The notes beneath the pieces were generated by a model. It was not told the origin of the DNA and did not search any database. It saw nothing but the letters and a program-made list of their open reading frames with translations. This document shows positions 19,556 to 27,406 of a stretch of DNA of 64,000 nucleotides, in pieces; the first letter of the stretch is position 1; every line of letters starts with the position of its first letter. This DNA is from an uncultured Planctomycetales bacterium (lineage in GTDB: Bacteria > Planctomycetota > Phycisphaerae > UBA1845 > PWPN01), in NCBI GenBank assembly GCA_964617875.1, contig CAZUAI010000006.1:42877-106876 (forward strand), given 5' to 3'. A program made the translations under genes and the position numbers.

Positions 19556-19976
19556 GGCACTCCGAATCTGTCGGGAAATCGGCGGGGACGGAATCCGCTT
19601 GCGTCATGCCGGCCGAATCTGCCTCCGGCTCAGGGGGCTCCTGCCCCGGCCAGAAGTGGCGCCACATGCGGCGAACTGTGGCATCGTCCCGGCGTTCGCG
19701 AAAGAGCTGGGCCAGCAGGGCGCGGGCTTCGTCCATGCGGTTCAGATGGGTCAACGCAACGGCCCAGTGAACCTTGAACGACGGCTCAAAGGGGTTTACG
19801 TATACGGCGCGTCGGAATTGGGACTCGGCCAGTTCGAAGGCCTCGCGCTGGAGGAAATAGCAACCCATATCGTCGCGGTCGTAGCCCAGATAGTGGCTGG
19901 GCCGCAGGACTTCCTCGCGGATGATCTGCGGGTCGCGAGTGCGGTGTCGCCTTTTCGGCTCGTCCGGGAGGCTCAT
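19548..19976 (-). CDS. small TPR-repeat protein
   Basis: MSLPDEPKRRHRTRDPQIIREEVLRPSHYLGYDRDDMGCYFLQREAFELAESQFRRAVYVNPFEPSFKVHWAVALTHLNRMDEARALLAQLF. The ORF is open to 20030; the start was chosen at the first Met after the terminator. Confidence 0.55.
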   Translation of the reverse strand: MSLPDEPKRRHRTRDPQIIREEVLRPSHYLGYDRDDMGCYFLQREAFELAESQFRRAVYVNPFEPSFKVHWAVALTHLNRMDEARALLAQLFRERRDDATVRRMWRHFWPGQEPPEPEADSAGMTQADSVPADFPTDSECHD

Positions 19977-20018
19977 GGTCCGCCATACCTCCGTGCCGCA
20001 GGCCGACGGCCTGCCAAC

Positions 20019-20058
20019 AGAAAACCCCACACAGGAATCGTCCTGGCGGGGTTCCCGT
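20019..20058 (-). terminator. intrinsic terminator forming the expression platform of fluoride riboswitch copy 2
   Basis: Minus-strand RNA CCCCGCCAGGACGAUUCCUGUGUGGGGUUUUCUG: GC stem plus U tract between the aptamer and the TPR start. Confidence 0.5.
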
Positions 20059-20085
20059 TACACGATGGCCCCTACCCAGGTCGAT

Positions 20086-20139
20086 TCGGGCAGGAGTCAT
20101 CAGGTCGGCAGGACCGCTTAACGGCGGACTCCATCGCCA
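20086..20139 (-). ncRNA. fluoride riboswitch (crcB RNA motif), copy 2
   Basis: UGGCGAUGGAGUCCGCCGUUAAGCGGUCCUGCCGACCUGAUGACUCCUGCCC, followed by a conserved CCUGCCCGaAUCGACCUGGGuAGG hairpin. Confidence 0.8.
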
Positions 20140-20144
20140 TAGAT

Positions 20145-20173
20145 ATTTTAGGCCCGGCGGGCGTCGTGTGCAA
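20145..20173 (-). promoter_or_regulatory. sigma70-like promoter for riboswitch copy 2 (-35 TTGCAC, 17 nt, -10 TAAAAT)
   Basis: Minus strand reads CCTTGCACacgacgcccgccgggccTAAAATatctaUGGCGAUGG. Confidence 0.55.
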
Positions 20174-20188
20174 GGGCCGTCTTTTGTC

Positions 20189-20539
20189 TCAGGCCTTTGC
20201 GCCCACGCCGTTCGCCCGGTACTTGATCACGCGGACTTTTTCCAGCGTGATGAGTCCTTCCACCACCATCTCATCGATGTAGGGCAGGAGCAGATTGACC
20301 TTCTCCTCGCTGTCCACGATCTCGATGATAAAGGGGAGGTCTTCCGACAGCCGCAGGATCTTCGTCGTGTGCAGCCGGCTGTGGGCGCCGAAGCCCATCG
20401 GGCCGCGAAGCACCGTCGCCCCGGCCAGATGAAGCTCGCGGGCCTTCATCACGATGGCCTCGTACAGCGGCTTGCCGTGCCACTTGTCGTTCTCGCCGAT
20501 GAAGATGCGCAGCAACTGCGCTTCGCCTTCCAGTTTCAT
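20189..20539 (-). CDS. DUF190 (PII-like) protein, common CrcB neighbour
   Basis: MKLEGEAQLLRIFIGENDKWHGKPLYEAIVMKARELHLAGATVLRGPMGFGAHSRLHTTKILRLSEDLPFIIEIVDSEEKV. Confidence 0.75.
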   Translation of the reverse strand: MKLEGEAQLLRIFIGENDKWHGKPLYEAIVMKARELHLAGATVLRGPMGFGAHSRLHTTKILRLSEDLPFIIEIVDSEEKVNLLLPYIDEMVVEGLITLEKVRVIKYRANGVGAKA

Positions 20540-20542
20540 TCA

Positions 20543-20956
20543 TCACCTCACCACCGTCACGGTGCACGGCGCGTAACTCAGGACCCGCTTGGAGACCGAA
20601 CCCAGCAGCCAGCGCTGGAACCGGCTCTTGCCTCGATGGCCCATCACGATCATGTCGGCCTGGCGCTCGGCGGCCTGATGGACGATCTGATCGGCCGGAT
20701 GGCCTACCACGACGGCCGTTTCGAGAGGAATCCCTGCCGCCTTCGCGGCCTCGCGAAAGACGACGAAGTCCTTCTCGAAGTGCTCCGTCGCCGCATCCAG
20801 CAGGGCGGGTGTCTCCACCGACGTGGGCGGTTCCGACGGCTGGGCTACCGACACGACGGTCACGCTGGCACCGAATGCCCTGGCCAGTTCCAGCGCGAAC
20901 TGGAATGCCCGTTTCGCCGACTCGGATCCGTCATGAGCTGCAAGAATGGTTTTCAT
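20543..20956 (-). CDS. universal stress protein (UspA family)
   Basis: 137 aa, MKTILAAHDGSESAKRAF...ADMIVMGHRGKSRFQRWLLGSVSKRVLSYAPCTVTVV. Confidence 0.85.
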   Translation of the reverse strand: MKTILAAHDGSESAKRAFQFALELARAFGASVTVVSVAQPSEPPTSVETPALLDAATEHFEKDFVVFREAAKAAGIPLETAVVVGHPADQIVHQAAERQADMIVMGHRGKSRFQRWLLGSVSKRVLSYAPCTVTVVR

Positions 20957-20965
20957 GGTTACCTC

Positions 20966-22219
20966 TCACGATTCAGAAGGGACGGGCTCACCATCCGCCG
21001 TCGCGGTTGCCACAGCCGCCTGGCCGCCGGCCGATGCCGTGCCCTGTCCTGTGACTCCAGTGCGTTTCGACAGCAGGTCCCGCGGAATGAAGAAGGCATT
21101 GGCGATCAGCGTCGGGATCACGGCGCTGGCCACCACCGCCGCAACGAGATACGAGTACTGGCTCTGCGTGATGACATTGTGCGTCAGCCCGAAGAGCGCG
21201 GAGATCGTCCCGAACGTCAGCCCCGTGGACATGAGCAGCGTGGTGTACACGGCCTGGCGGTACTCGTAGCGAAACGCCCTGGTGGTGGGGTACACGCCCA
21301 CGCACTTGCTCACCACCTTGGCGACCAGCAGGATCAGGAAGGTCGCCGGGGCCGCAAGCAGGGCCGGAACCGAAACGAAGGAACCGGCCCGGATGAAGTA
21401 GAACGGCGTCAGCATTCCGAACGTCAGCGTGCGCAGCCGGCGAACCAGGACGTGATCCTTGCCCACGGTGCCAGCGAGGACCATGCCGATCATGTACGCG
21501 GGCAAGACCGCCTCGCTGTCGGCCCACGCCGCCAGGGCTCCCATGCTGAACAGCAGCAGCAGCAGGTACTTCGCCTCCAGTTCCGAGGGGCGGTTGCCGT
21601 ATCGTTTGAAGAACCACGGCGTCAGAAAGGGGATGACGGCGAAGACCACGACGCTCGATCCGACGAACACGCCCGTGCGCATCGTGAACGGCGAGAAGAT
21701 CAGACCGAGAGCAATCACCGTGCCGAGGTCGTTGATGAAGCAGGCGGCCAAAACGGCCTTGCCGAAATCCGTCTTGTTGAAGCCCAGTTCGAGCATGACC
21801 GCATAGACGACGGCGACCGAGGTTGTGGACAGGGCCACCCCCGCCAGCCAGCTCGCCATCGGGGTCCAGTGCAGCACATAGTACGCCACGGCCGCGCACC
21901 CCAGGAACGGCGCGAAAAAAGCGACCAGGCCGACGACGGTGGCCTCCTTCCACTTGGCGCGGAACACCGTCGGGTCCAACTCGGCCCCGGCCAGAAACGT
22001 CAGGACGATGGCACCCGTCCCCGACAGGAACTTGATCCAGGGTTCGTGTGCTCCCAGCGCCGCCGTTCCGGCGAGAGCACCGATGATCAGTTGGGCGACC
22101 GTGCCCACCACGATCTCGGAGAGGGCCGTCGCCACGCGAAGCCAGATCGAAAGGAGCGTGGCGAGCAGGGCGAGTCCCAGCCACAACGCCGCCGTAAGCC
22201 AGACGTCGGTCATGTGCAT
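20966..22219 (-). CDS. cation:proton (Na+/H+) antiporter, CPA family
   Basis: 417 aa, 12-13 TM, typical NhaP/Kef-type membrane domain. Confidence 0.8.
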   Translation of the reverse strand: MHMTDVWLTAALWLGLALLATLLSIWLRVATALSEIVVGTVAQLIIGALAGTAALGAHEPWIKFLSGTGAIVLTFLAGAELDPTVFRAKWKEATVVGLVAFFAPFLGCAAVAYYVLHWTPMASWLAGVALSTTSVAVVYAVMLELGFNKTDFGKAVLAACFINDLGTVIALGLIFSPFTMRTGVFVGSSVVVFAVIPFLTPWFFKRYGNRPSELEAKYLLLLLFSMGALAAWADSEAVLPAYMIGMVLAGTVGKDHVLVRRLRTLTFGMLTPFYFIRAGSFVSVPALLAAPATFLILLVAKVVSKCVGVYPTTRAFRYEYRQAVYTTLLMSTGLTFGTISALFGLTHNVITQSQYSYLVAAVVASAVIPTLIANAFFIPRDLLSKRTGVTGQGTASAGGQAAVATATADGEPVPSES

Positions 22220-22289
22220 CGACCTCCTGCCGCAGCCTTCCCCTCCGCCTGACCGCCCTCGACGGCCTTCCGGTCCGCATTCGTGGCCG

Positions 22290-22676
22290 TCACATGATTC
22301 CGAACCATCTCTCTGCCGCCCGGTAGCCCACCAGGACGGCGCAGAAGCCCAGGGTCACGCTCAGCAACAGGTTCATAATCGCCCGAAGGCCCTGCCCGTC
22401 GTTGGCCATCGCGAAGGTCTCCCACCCGAACGAGGAAAACGTCGTGAAGCCGCCCAGCACGCCGACGGTCAGACCGATGCGATAATCCTGGCGAATCAGA
22501 ATCGGACCGCTGAAGACGTAGTTCAGGAAACCAATCACCAGACATCCGATAATATTGACCGTCAGGGTCCCCACCGGAAAGGAACCATTGGACAGCCTCT
22601 GGCCCCAGCCCTGAACCAGGTAACGAAGCACGGAACCGAAGCCGCCGCCCATGGCCACCATCACGATCTTCACCAT
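22290..22676 (-). CDS. crcB: fluoride ion channel CrcB/Fluc
   Basis: MVKIVMVAMGGGFGSVLRYLV...TLTVNIIGCLVIGFL...GLTVGVLGGFTTFSSFGWET. GAGGAAG lies 8 nt upstream of ATG 22676. The ORF is open to 22706. Confidence 0.9.
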   Translation of the reverse strand: MVKIVMVAMGGGFGSVLRYLVQGWGQRLSNGSFPVGTLTVNIIGCLVIGFLNYVFSGPILIRQDYRIGLTVGVLGGFTTFSSFGWETFAMANDGQGLRAIMNLLLSVTLGFCAVLVGYRAAERWFGIM

Positions 22677-22706
22677 CCAACGCTTCCTCGCATGCCGGTC
22701 CGCCAA

Positions 22707-22760
22707 ACAAGAAACCCTACGCAGGCATTCGGCCCGGCAGGGTTCATCTACAAGGTCTCC
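22707..22760 (-). terminator. candidate terminator-type expression platform of riboswitch copy 3
   Basis: Minus-strand RNA CCCUGCCGGGCCGAAUGCCUGCGUAGGGUUUCUUGUUU: stem with one G-U, then a U-rich tract, placed between the aptamer and the crcB SD. Confidence 0.45.
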
Positions 22761-22782
22761 GTGGCGCGGACCCTGCCCAGGT

Positions 22783-22842
22783 CGATGCGGGCAGGAGTCA
22801 TCAGGTCAGCGCGACCGGTTAAGGGCGGACTCCATCGCCGCC
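22783..22842 (-). ncRNA. fluoride riboswitch (crcB RNA motif), copy 3, canonical position upstream of crcB
   Basis: CGGCGAUGGAGUCCGCCCUUAACCGGUCGCGCUGACCUGAUGACUCCUGCCC. Confidence 0.85.
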
Positions 22843-22845
22843 GCT

Positions 22846-22874
22846 ATACTATCCTCTGGCACGACAAGTTGCAA
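22846..22874 (-). promoter_or_regulatory. sigma70-like promoter for riboswitch copy 3/crcB operon (-35 TTGCAA, 17 nt, -10 TAGTAT)
   Basis: Minus strand reads CTTGCAActtgtcgtgccagaggaTAGTATagcggcGGCGAUGG. Confidence 0.55.
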
Positions 22875-22970
22875 GGGCGGCGGTTGGCCGGTCTTCACGT
22901 GCCCTTAAGGTTCGCTTCGGTACTCTGGGATCGGCGAACGACCGCGCAGCGAAGATAATCGAGGCATTCG

Positions 22971-23624
22971 ATGCGGGTGCTGGTCATTGAAGACGAGCCC
23001 GATCTGTTGGAGGCACTGGTCCAGGCGCTCCGGGAGGCCGGGTATGCCGTGGACCAGGCCTCCGACGGACCGGACGGCCTGTTCAAGGCGGCCGGGACGG
23101 GGTACGACGCGATTGTGCTCGATCTGATGCTGCCGGGCATGAGCGGGTGGGACGTCCTGCGCGAACTCCGAAAGACCATGTCGACGCCCGTTCTCATCCT
23201 GACGGCCCGCGATACGCTGCCCGACCGGGTGAGGGGCCTCGACGCCGGGGCCGACGACTACCTCACCAAGCCGTTCGAACTGCCCGAATTGAAGGCCCGC
23301 CTGCGGGCACTGATTCGTCGTGGGGCCGGCCAGGCGGCGCCGGTGATTGCGATCGGAGATGTGACGGTCCATACGGCCGAGCGCACCGTCCGCAAGGCCG
23401 GGCAGGTGGTGGCCCTCACGCCGACGGAATATGCCCTGGTGGAACTCCTCGCGCTGCACAAAGGAAAGCTGGTCACACGAACGATGATCTACGAGCACCT
23501 GTTCGACGAGGAGAGCGACACCCTGTCCAACCTCGTCGATGTTCACGTCGCCAATGTGCGAAAGAAGCTTGGCCGGGATTTCATCACGACCCGCCGGGGC
23601 GAAGGGTACCAGGTTCATGTTTAG
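22971..23624 (+). CDS. OmpR-family response regulator
   Basis: 217 aa, receiver domain (DLMLPGMSGWDV, LTKPF) plus a winged-helix C-terminus. Confidence 0.9.
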   Translation: MRVLVIEDEPDLLEALVQALREAGYAVDQASDGPDGLFKAAGTGYDAIVLDLMLPGMSGWDVLRELRKTMSTPVLILTARDTLPDRVRGLDAGADDYLTKPFELPELKARLRALIRRGAGQAAPVIAIGDVTVHTAERTVRKAGQVVALTPTEYALVELLALHKGKLVTRTMIYEHLFDEESDTLSNLVDVHVANVRKKLGRDFITTRRGEGYQVHV

Positions 23625-25095
23625 GTCCATCCAATGGACGCTCCAGCTGTGGCACGCGGGCCTGCTGGCCGTCGTGCTGATCGGTTTCGGCGTGGCCTCG
23701 TTCTTCGGCATTTCCCGATCCCGGTTTCAGGAACTGGACGCCGAGCTTGAGCGAGCGGTTCAGCTGCTGGCGGCCGGTTTTCGCCCGCCCAAGCTGCCGG
23801 GCCCGCAGTCGCGGCCGACGGCCCCGTCCGATGCGGCGGACGACGGCGCGTGCGACGCGTGGCGGGAACTCCCGATGCCGGAGTTCGAACTGCCCGCCGC
23901 TCTGGCAGCGCGGTTCGCGAACGGGCGGCCGGAATCGGACTACTACGTGATCTGGGACTTCGAAGGCAAGGTCCTGATGTCGTCGAGCGATCGCGCCGCG
24001 ATTGACGTGCCGTACCCCGGGCCGCGTCCCGAGAGGTCCGCGCGGCCGCCGGCGCCCGGCCCGCCTCAGATCCGGGGGCGGGGCGAGTTTCGCGAGGCGT
24101 ACGTGAACGGTCCCCTGTGGACGCGGATCCTGATCGGCACGTCCACGCGTCCGACGCAGACCGAATTACGGCGCCTGGCCTTCCTGCTGGCGGCGATCGG
24201 CGCCGGCGTGCTGGTCGTCGGGTTGGCAGGCGGGTGGCTGGTCTCTCTGCGCGCCGTGAGGCCGATCCGCGCGATCACAAGGGTGGCGCGGGAGATCTCC
24301 GCGTCGAACCTGTCCCGCCGCATCCCCGCCGACAAGCTCCAAAGCGAACTCGGGAGCCTCGCCGCCGTTCTGAACGAGATGTTTGCCCGGCTTGACGCGG
24401 CGTTTCAGCAGCAGGTCCGCTTCACGGCCGACGCGTCCCACGAGCTTCGCACGCCGCTGTCCGTCATCCACACCCATGCCCAGCTGGCCCTTTCGCGGGA
24501 GCGATCGGCCGACGAGTACCGCAAGACGATTGAGACGTGCCAGCGGGCATCCAGCCGGATGAAGGATCTCGTGGACTCGCTCCTGCTCCTGGCCGGTGCC
24601 GACGCCGGCCGGCTCTCGCTGAACCGGCAGCGTGTCGACCTGCGGACCGTTGTGGAAAACTGCATCGCCATGGTGGCCCCTCTGGCCGACGCCAGGGGCG
24701 TTGTCATCGAAGGCGACTTGCGTCCCGCGGAGCTGAGCGTTGACGCGTCTCGGGTCACCCAGGTCACCACGAACCTTCTTACCAATGCAATCCGGTACAA
24801 CCGCAGGGACGGTCGTGTCGCCGTCTCACTGAAGATGAACGACGCCGGGGCGGTGCTGACGATCAGCGATACGGGTCTCGGGATCCCCGTCGAGAACCAA
24901 CCGCATATCTTCGAGCGCTTCTACCGCGTCGACAAGGCCCGGAGCCGCGAAGAAGGCGGCAGCGGCCTGGGGCTGGCCATCTGCAAGGCCATCGTCGAGG
25001 CGCACGGCGGGGCGATTTCGTTTCGCAGCGAACCCGGCCGGGGGACCACGTTCGAAGTCCGGCTGCCGCGTGGTGCCTCTTCGGGCCCGGATTGA
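23617..25095 (+). CDS. sensor histidine kinase (HAMP-HisKA-HATPase)
   Basis: Two TMs, H-box SHELRTPLS, G-boxes DTGLGIP and GGSGLGLAI. The start overlaps the regulator's stop. Confidence 0.85.
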   Translation: MFRSIQWTLQLWHAGLLAVVLIGFGVASFFGISRSRFQELDAELERAVQLLAAGFRPPKLPGPQSRPTAPSDAADDGACDAWRELPMPEFELPAALAARFANGRPESDYYVIWDFEGKVLMSSSDRAAIDVPYPGPRPERSARPPAPGPPQIRGRGEFREAYVNGPLWTRILIGTSTRPTQTELRRLAFLLAAIGAGVLVVGLAGGWLVSLRAVRPIRAITRVAREISASNLSRRIPADKLQSELGSLAAVLNEMFARLDAAFQQQVRFTADASHELRTPLSVIHTHAQLALSRERSADEYRKTIETCQRASSRMKDLVDSLLLLAGADAGRLSLNRQRVDLRTVVENCIAMVAPLADARGVVIEGDLRPAELSVDASRVTQVTTNLLTNAIRYNRRDGRVAVSLKMNDAGAVLTISDTGLGIPVENQPHIFERFYRVDKARSREEGGSGLGLAICKAIVEAHGGAISFRSEPGRGTTFEVRLPRGASSGPD

Positions 25096-25243
25096 CCCCG
25101 TCGCCGAGACGATCCAGCGTCAAGCCGCATTTCTGTGACCCATCTTCATCTCGCCTTAAGGTTCGCCGTGGTAGGATCCGGTGGAACGATCGAGCGATGC
25201 GTTGGCGGGAGTTGCGCGAAGAGCCGACGGCTCGGGACTGACG

Positions 25244-26626
25244 ATGAAAAAGATCCTGGCGTTCATCCTTCTCGCGGGTTTGCTCGTCGGGGGCGGCGCG
25301 GGCTACTGGCGCCGCGGCAGCACCACGGCCGTGTCCTTTCGCACGGAGCCGGTCCGGCGGGGAGACATGGTCGTCTGCATCAGCGCCACCGGCACCGTGG
25401 AGCCGGAGGAGGTCATCGACGTCGGCGCGCAGGTCGCCGGCCAGATCCTGTCGTTCGGCAAGGACGCCAACGGGCGAACGGTGGACTACGGTTCTCCGGT
25501 CGAAGCGGGCACCGTCCTGGCGAGAATCGATGATGCCCTTTACACCTCCGAGGTGACGCAGGCCGGGGCGCAGGTCTTGTCGGCGCAGGGGGGGCTGAGG
25601 CGCGCCGAGGCCGACCTGGAGCAGGCGAAGGCCAGGCTCTTCCAGGCCGAGCGAAACTGGGAGCGCGCTCAGCAGCTCGGTTCCTCGTCGGCCCTGGCAG
25701 GCACGGAGTATGACAATTACAGGGCGGGCTACGACTCGGCAAAGGCGAGTGTCGAGATTGCCGAGGCGGCGATCGTTCAGGCCAGGGGCGGCCTTGCCCA
25801 GGCCGAGGGCATGCTGGACCGCGCGAAGCGCAATCTCGGCTACACCACGATCACGTCGCCGGTCAAGGGCGTCATCATCGATCGGCGCGTCAACATCGGC
25901 CAGACCGTCGTCGCGAGCCTGAACGCCCCCAGCCTTTTCCTGATCGCCAAGGACCTCACCCGCATCCAGGTCTGGGTGGCCGTGAACGAGGCGGACATCG
26001 GCCGCCTGCGTCCCGGCCAGCCCGTGACATTCACGGTGGATGCGTTTCCGGGCGAGTCATTCAAGGGGCAGGTTGGCAAGATCCGTCTGAATGCCTCCAT
26101 GACACAGAACGTCGTCACCTACACGGTGGAGGTGGTGGCCGACAATCCCGACGGACGACTGCTGCCGTACCTCACGGCGAACGTCAAGTTCGAACTGAGT
26201 CGCCATGACAACGTGCTGATGGTGCCCGCCGCCGCGTTGCGATGGACGCCCGCCCGGGAGCAGGTCTCGCCGGAGGCTCGCCGGGCCCTCGAGGAGCCGC
26301 GTGCCGCTGCCGTGTCGGCAGTCGTTTCGCCATCCGCACTGCTCGCGGCGCCGTCGTCCGGAGCGGCCTCGCAGCCTGCATCCGTGCCGGGCGACGGACA
26401 GGAGCAGGGCGTGGTCTGGGTTCCGGATGGACCGTATGTGCGGCCCGTCTTCGTCCGCGTGGGCCTGACCGACGACGTCATGACGGAGGTTCAGGGCGCC
26501 GGCGTGGCGGAAGGCGTAAACGTCGTGACGGGTCAGGACGAGGGCGAGACCGCCTCGACCGGCAGCAACCCGTTCCTGCCCAAGATACCAAGGGGCGGAA
26601 AGGGCGGGCCGCCGCCGCCCATGTAG
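25244..26626 (+). CDS. efflux periplasmic adaptor (MacA/HlyD family)
   Basis: MKKILAFILLAGLLVGG signal, coiled-coil hairpin, YTTITSPVKGVI. Confidence 0.8.
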   Translation: MKKILAFILLAGLLVGGGAGYWRRGSTTAVSFRTEPVRRGDMVVCISATGTVEPEEVIDVGAQVAGQILSFGKDANGRTVDYGSPVEAGTVLARIDDALYTSEVTQAGAQVLSAQGGLRRAEADLEQAKARLFQAERNWERAQQLGSSSALAGTEYDNYRAGYDSAKASVEIAEAAIVQARGGLAQAEGMLDRAKRNLGYTTITSPVKGVIIDRRVNIGQTVVASLNAPSLFLIAKDLTRIQVWVAVNEADIGRLRPGQPVTFTVDAFPGESFKGQVGKIRLNASMTQNVVTYTVEVVADNPDGRLLPYLTANVKFELSRHDNVLMVPAAALRWTPAREQVSPEARRALEEPRAAAVSAVVSPSALLAAPSSGAASQPASVPGDGQEQGVVWVPDGPYVRPVFVRVGLTDDVMTEVQGAGVAEGVNVVTGQDEGETASTGSNPFLPKIPRGGKGGPPPPM

Positions 26627-26638
26627 GCGGGTCGCCGA

Positions 26639-27406
26639 TTGCCGTGGCCGTACCCGATGCCAATGATCCGGCTTCATGACATCTGCAAGACGTACCACAT
26701 CGGCGAAATCAGCCTGCCGGTGCTGAAGAATGTCTCCCTGAGCGTCGAGCGCGGCGAGCTGGTTGCCCTTATGGGCGCCTCCGGCTCGGGCAAGAGCACG
26801 TTGATGAACATCCTGGGCTGCCTCGACCGGCCGACTTCCGGCCGGTACTGGCTTGACGGCCGGGACGTGTCGGGGCTCTCGGTCGTCGAGCGGGCGATGG
26901 AAAGGAACCGGAGGATCGGCTTCGTCTTTCAGAATTTCAACCTTCTGCCGCGTACGAGCGCATTGGACAATGTGGCCATGCCGCTTTCTTACGCGGCTGA
27001 GCACCTTTCCGAGCGCGAGTGCCGCCGCCGCGCACAGGAGATGCTTTGCCGGTTCGGCCTGCAGGATCGACTGCATCACGAGCCGTCGCAGCTCTCGGGC
27101 GGCCAGCAACAGCGGGTGGCCATCGCCCGCGCGCTGATTCACCGGCCTCCTCTGCTGTTCGCCGACGAGCCGACCGGCAACCTGGACTCCCGAACGAGCG
27201 TCGAGGTCCTTCGCATGTTTCAGCGTCTGAACGAGGAAGACGGTCTGACCATCATCCTGGTGACGCACGACGCGAACGTGGCCAGGTTCGCCCGGCGGGT
27301 CATTCATATTCGCGACGGCACGATCTCCGACGGATCCTTCTCCGACGACGGCCCCGTGCAGCCGGTTTCCGGAGCGGAGTGCGTGGAGGGAGGAGCCTGC
27401 ATATGA
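26639..27406 (+). CDS. ABC transporter ATP-binding protein (MacB/LolD type)
   Basis: GASGSGKST Walker A, LSGGQQQRVAIARAL signature. An alternative start is 26663. Confidence 0.85.
   Translation: MPWPYPMPMIRLHDICKTYHIGEISLPVLKNVSLSVERGELVALMGASGSGKSTLMNILGCLDRPTSGRYWLDGRDVSGLSVVERAMERNRRIGFVFQNFNLLPRTSALDNVAMPLSYAAEHLSERECRRRAQEMLCRFGLQDRLHHEPSQLSGGQQQRVAIARALIHRPPLLFADEPTGNLDSRTSVEVLRMFQRLNEEDGLTIILVTHDANVARFARRVIHIRDGTISDGSFSDDGPVQPVSGAECVEGGACI

Noticed and set aside
19786-20100. ORF MADHEPPGRAEK... with GGAGG 3 nt upstream, downstream of riboswitch 2
   Set aside because: The SD spacing is too short. The translation is low-complexity. The alternative frame encodes a convincing TPR protein.
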